Shown here piece after piece: positions 8,067-9,009 of a DNA stretch of 9,009 nt; the first letter of the stretch is position 1; each line of letters begins with the position of its first letter. The stretch comes from Octopus sinensis. Taxonomy: Eukaryota. Below the pieces are notes generated by a model. The model was not told where the DNA came from and made no database searches. It saw only the letters and a program-made list of their open reading frames with translations. Made by a program: the position numbers and the translations under genes. The DNA is taken from the NCBI RefSeq assembly GCF_006345805.1, contig NW_021828160.1:1-9009 (forward strand), given 5' to 3'.

Positions 8067-8130
<64 letters not shown>
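7933..8130. repeat. (TATC)n array with three internal TC/TAAC higher-order units
   Basis: Read directly; TAAC at 8005, 8031 and 8061. Confidence 0.97.
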
Positions 8131-8135
8131 CCTGT

Positions 8136-8136
<1 letters not shown>

Positions 8137-8182
<46 letters not shown>

Positions 8183-8340
8183 GATAGATAGATAGGTAGA
8201 TAGGTAGATAGGTAGGTAGCTGTCTGCCTGCCTGCTTGCCTTTCTGTCTGCCTGTCTCTCGGTGTGTCTGTCTGTCTATTTGCTTGTCTGTCTATTTGCC
8301 TGTCTGTCTATCTATCTGTGTGAATGTCTGCTTTCTGTCT
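8137..8340. repeat. (TAGA)n grading into (TAGG)n and degenerate (GTCT/GCCT)n
   Basis: Read directly. Confidence 0.93.
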
Positions 8341-8766
8341 GTAATCCTACAATCCCACACAGAAAACTAAACACATAACAGGAACAGAACTACATAAATT
8401 TTATTTGCTTGCTTTTATGTATAATGTTAAGGGCATATTGATTTCATGTTTATATTTGCATCGCATATTATGAAATATTTAAATATATTATTAAATTATC
8501 TGATACTCTTAAAACATTCTTCGTGATCATGAATTATTTCGATATTATCAAGAGTAAACCAAAACAAAAAAAAAAAACAGCAAAATATTTGAAAAAATGA
8601 AGCAAAATTTATATCATTCTGATAATGTGTTGTTTTCATGTATCATTAAACACATTTACACAGAAACATACAGAAAGACACAGAGACACACACATACGCG
8701 CGCGTGCGCGCAAACACGTCCACACAAACATTCACATAGCTAAAGTCAAAGAAAAAGATGAACATG

Positions 8767-8767
8767 C

Positions 8768-8798
<31 letters not shown>

Positions 8799-8830
8799 AT
8801 ATTATATATATATATACATATATATATAAA
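8767..8830. repeat. Interrupted (TA)n microsatellite
   Basis: Read directly. Confidence 0.95.
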
Positions 8831-9009
8831 CATATTCATATACACATATGAATATGTTTGCGTCCATGTGTATGGCTTTACATCATTTTTCACCCGGATA
8901 TAAATTTTGGTTTCTAGAACACTCATGTACTACATTCATAGGCGACGCCAAAGAGGACAGATATTTTTTTTCTCTAGAAAATTTTCACGGCAGACCCTTA
9001 TTATGTATA

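Noticed and set aside
8978-9004. Possible 27-nt plus-strand exon after ttttttttctctag
   Set aside because: The donor is weak and cut off by the window end, so it cannot be evaluated.

Overview
AT-rich eukaryotic, essentially non-coding DNA (intron or intergenic), dense in microsatellites and decayed retroposons. The SINE and LINE-tail sequences resemble octopus/coleoid cephalopod repeats as I recall them; this was not searched. There is no intact gene, and most ORFs in the track are microsatellite artefacts. Three dead LINE fragments are readable at protein level: a REL-type (R4/Dong-like) RT fragment on the minus strand at 1-427, a divergent REL-type copy with an internal deletion on the plus strand at 1991-2863, and an L1/Tx1-like 3' end at 7177-7932. 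There are also three tRNA-derived SINE copies, a 170-bp near-perfect palindrome and an unclassified 500-bp repeat. The main pattern is that each element lineage sits in its own microsatellite type: (TAA)n, (CATA)n with a 19-bp target-site duplication, (TATC)n and (TA)n. This suggests several microsatellite-targeting mobile elements partitioning simple-repeat niches. Two weak, phase-compatible plus-strand exon candidates (15 nt and 96 nt) may belong to a host gene.
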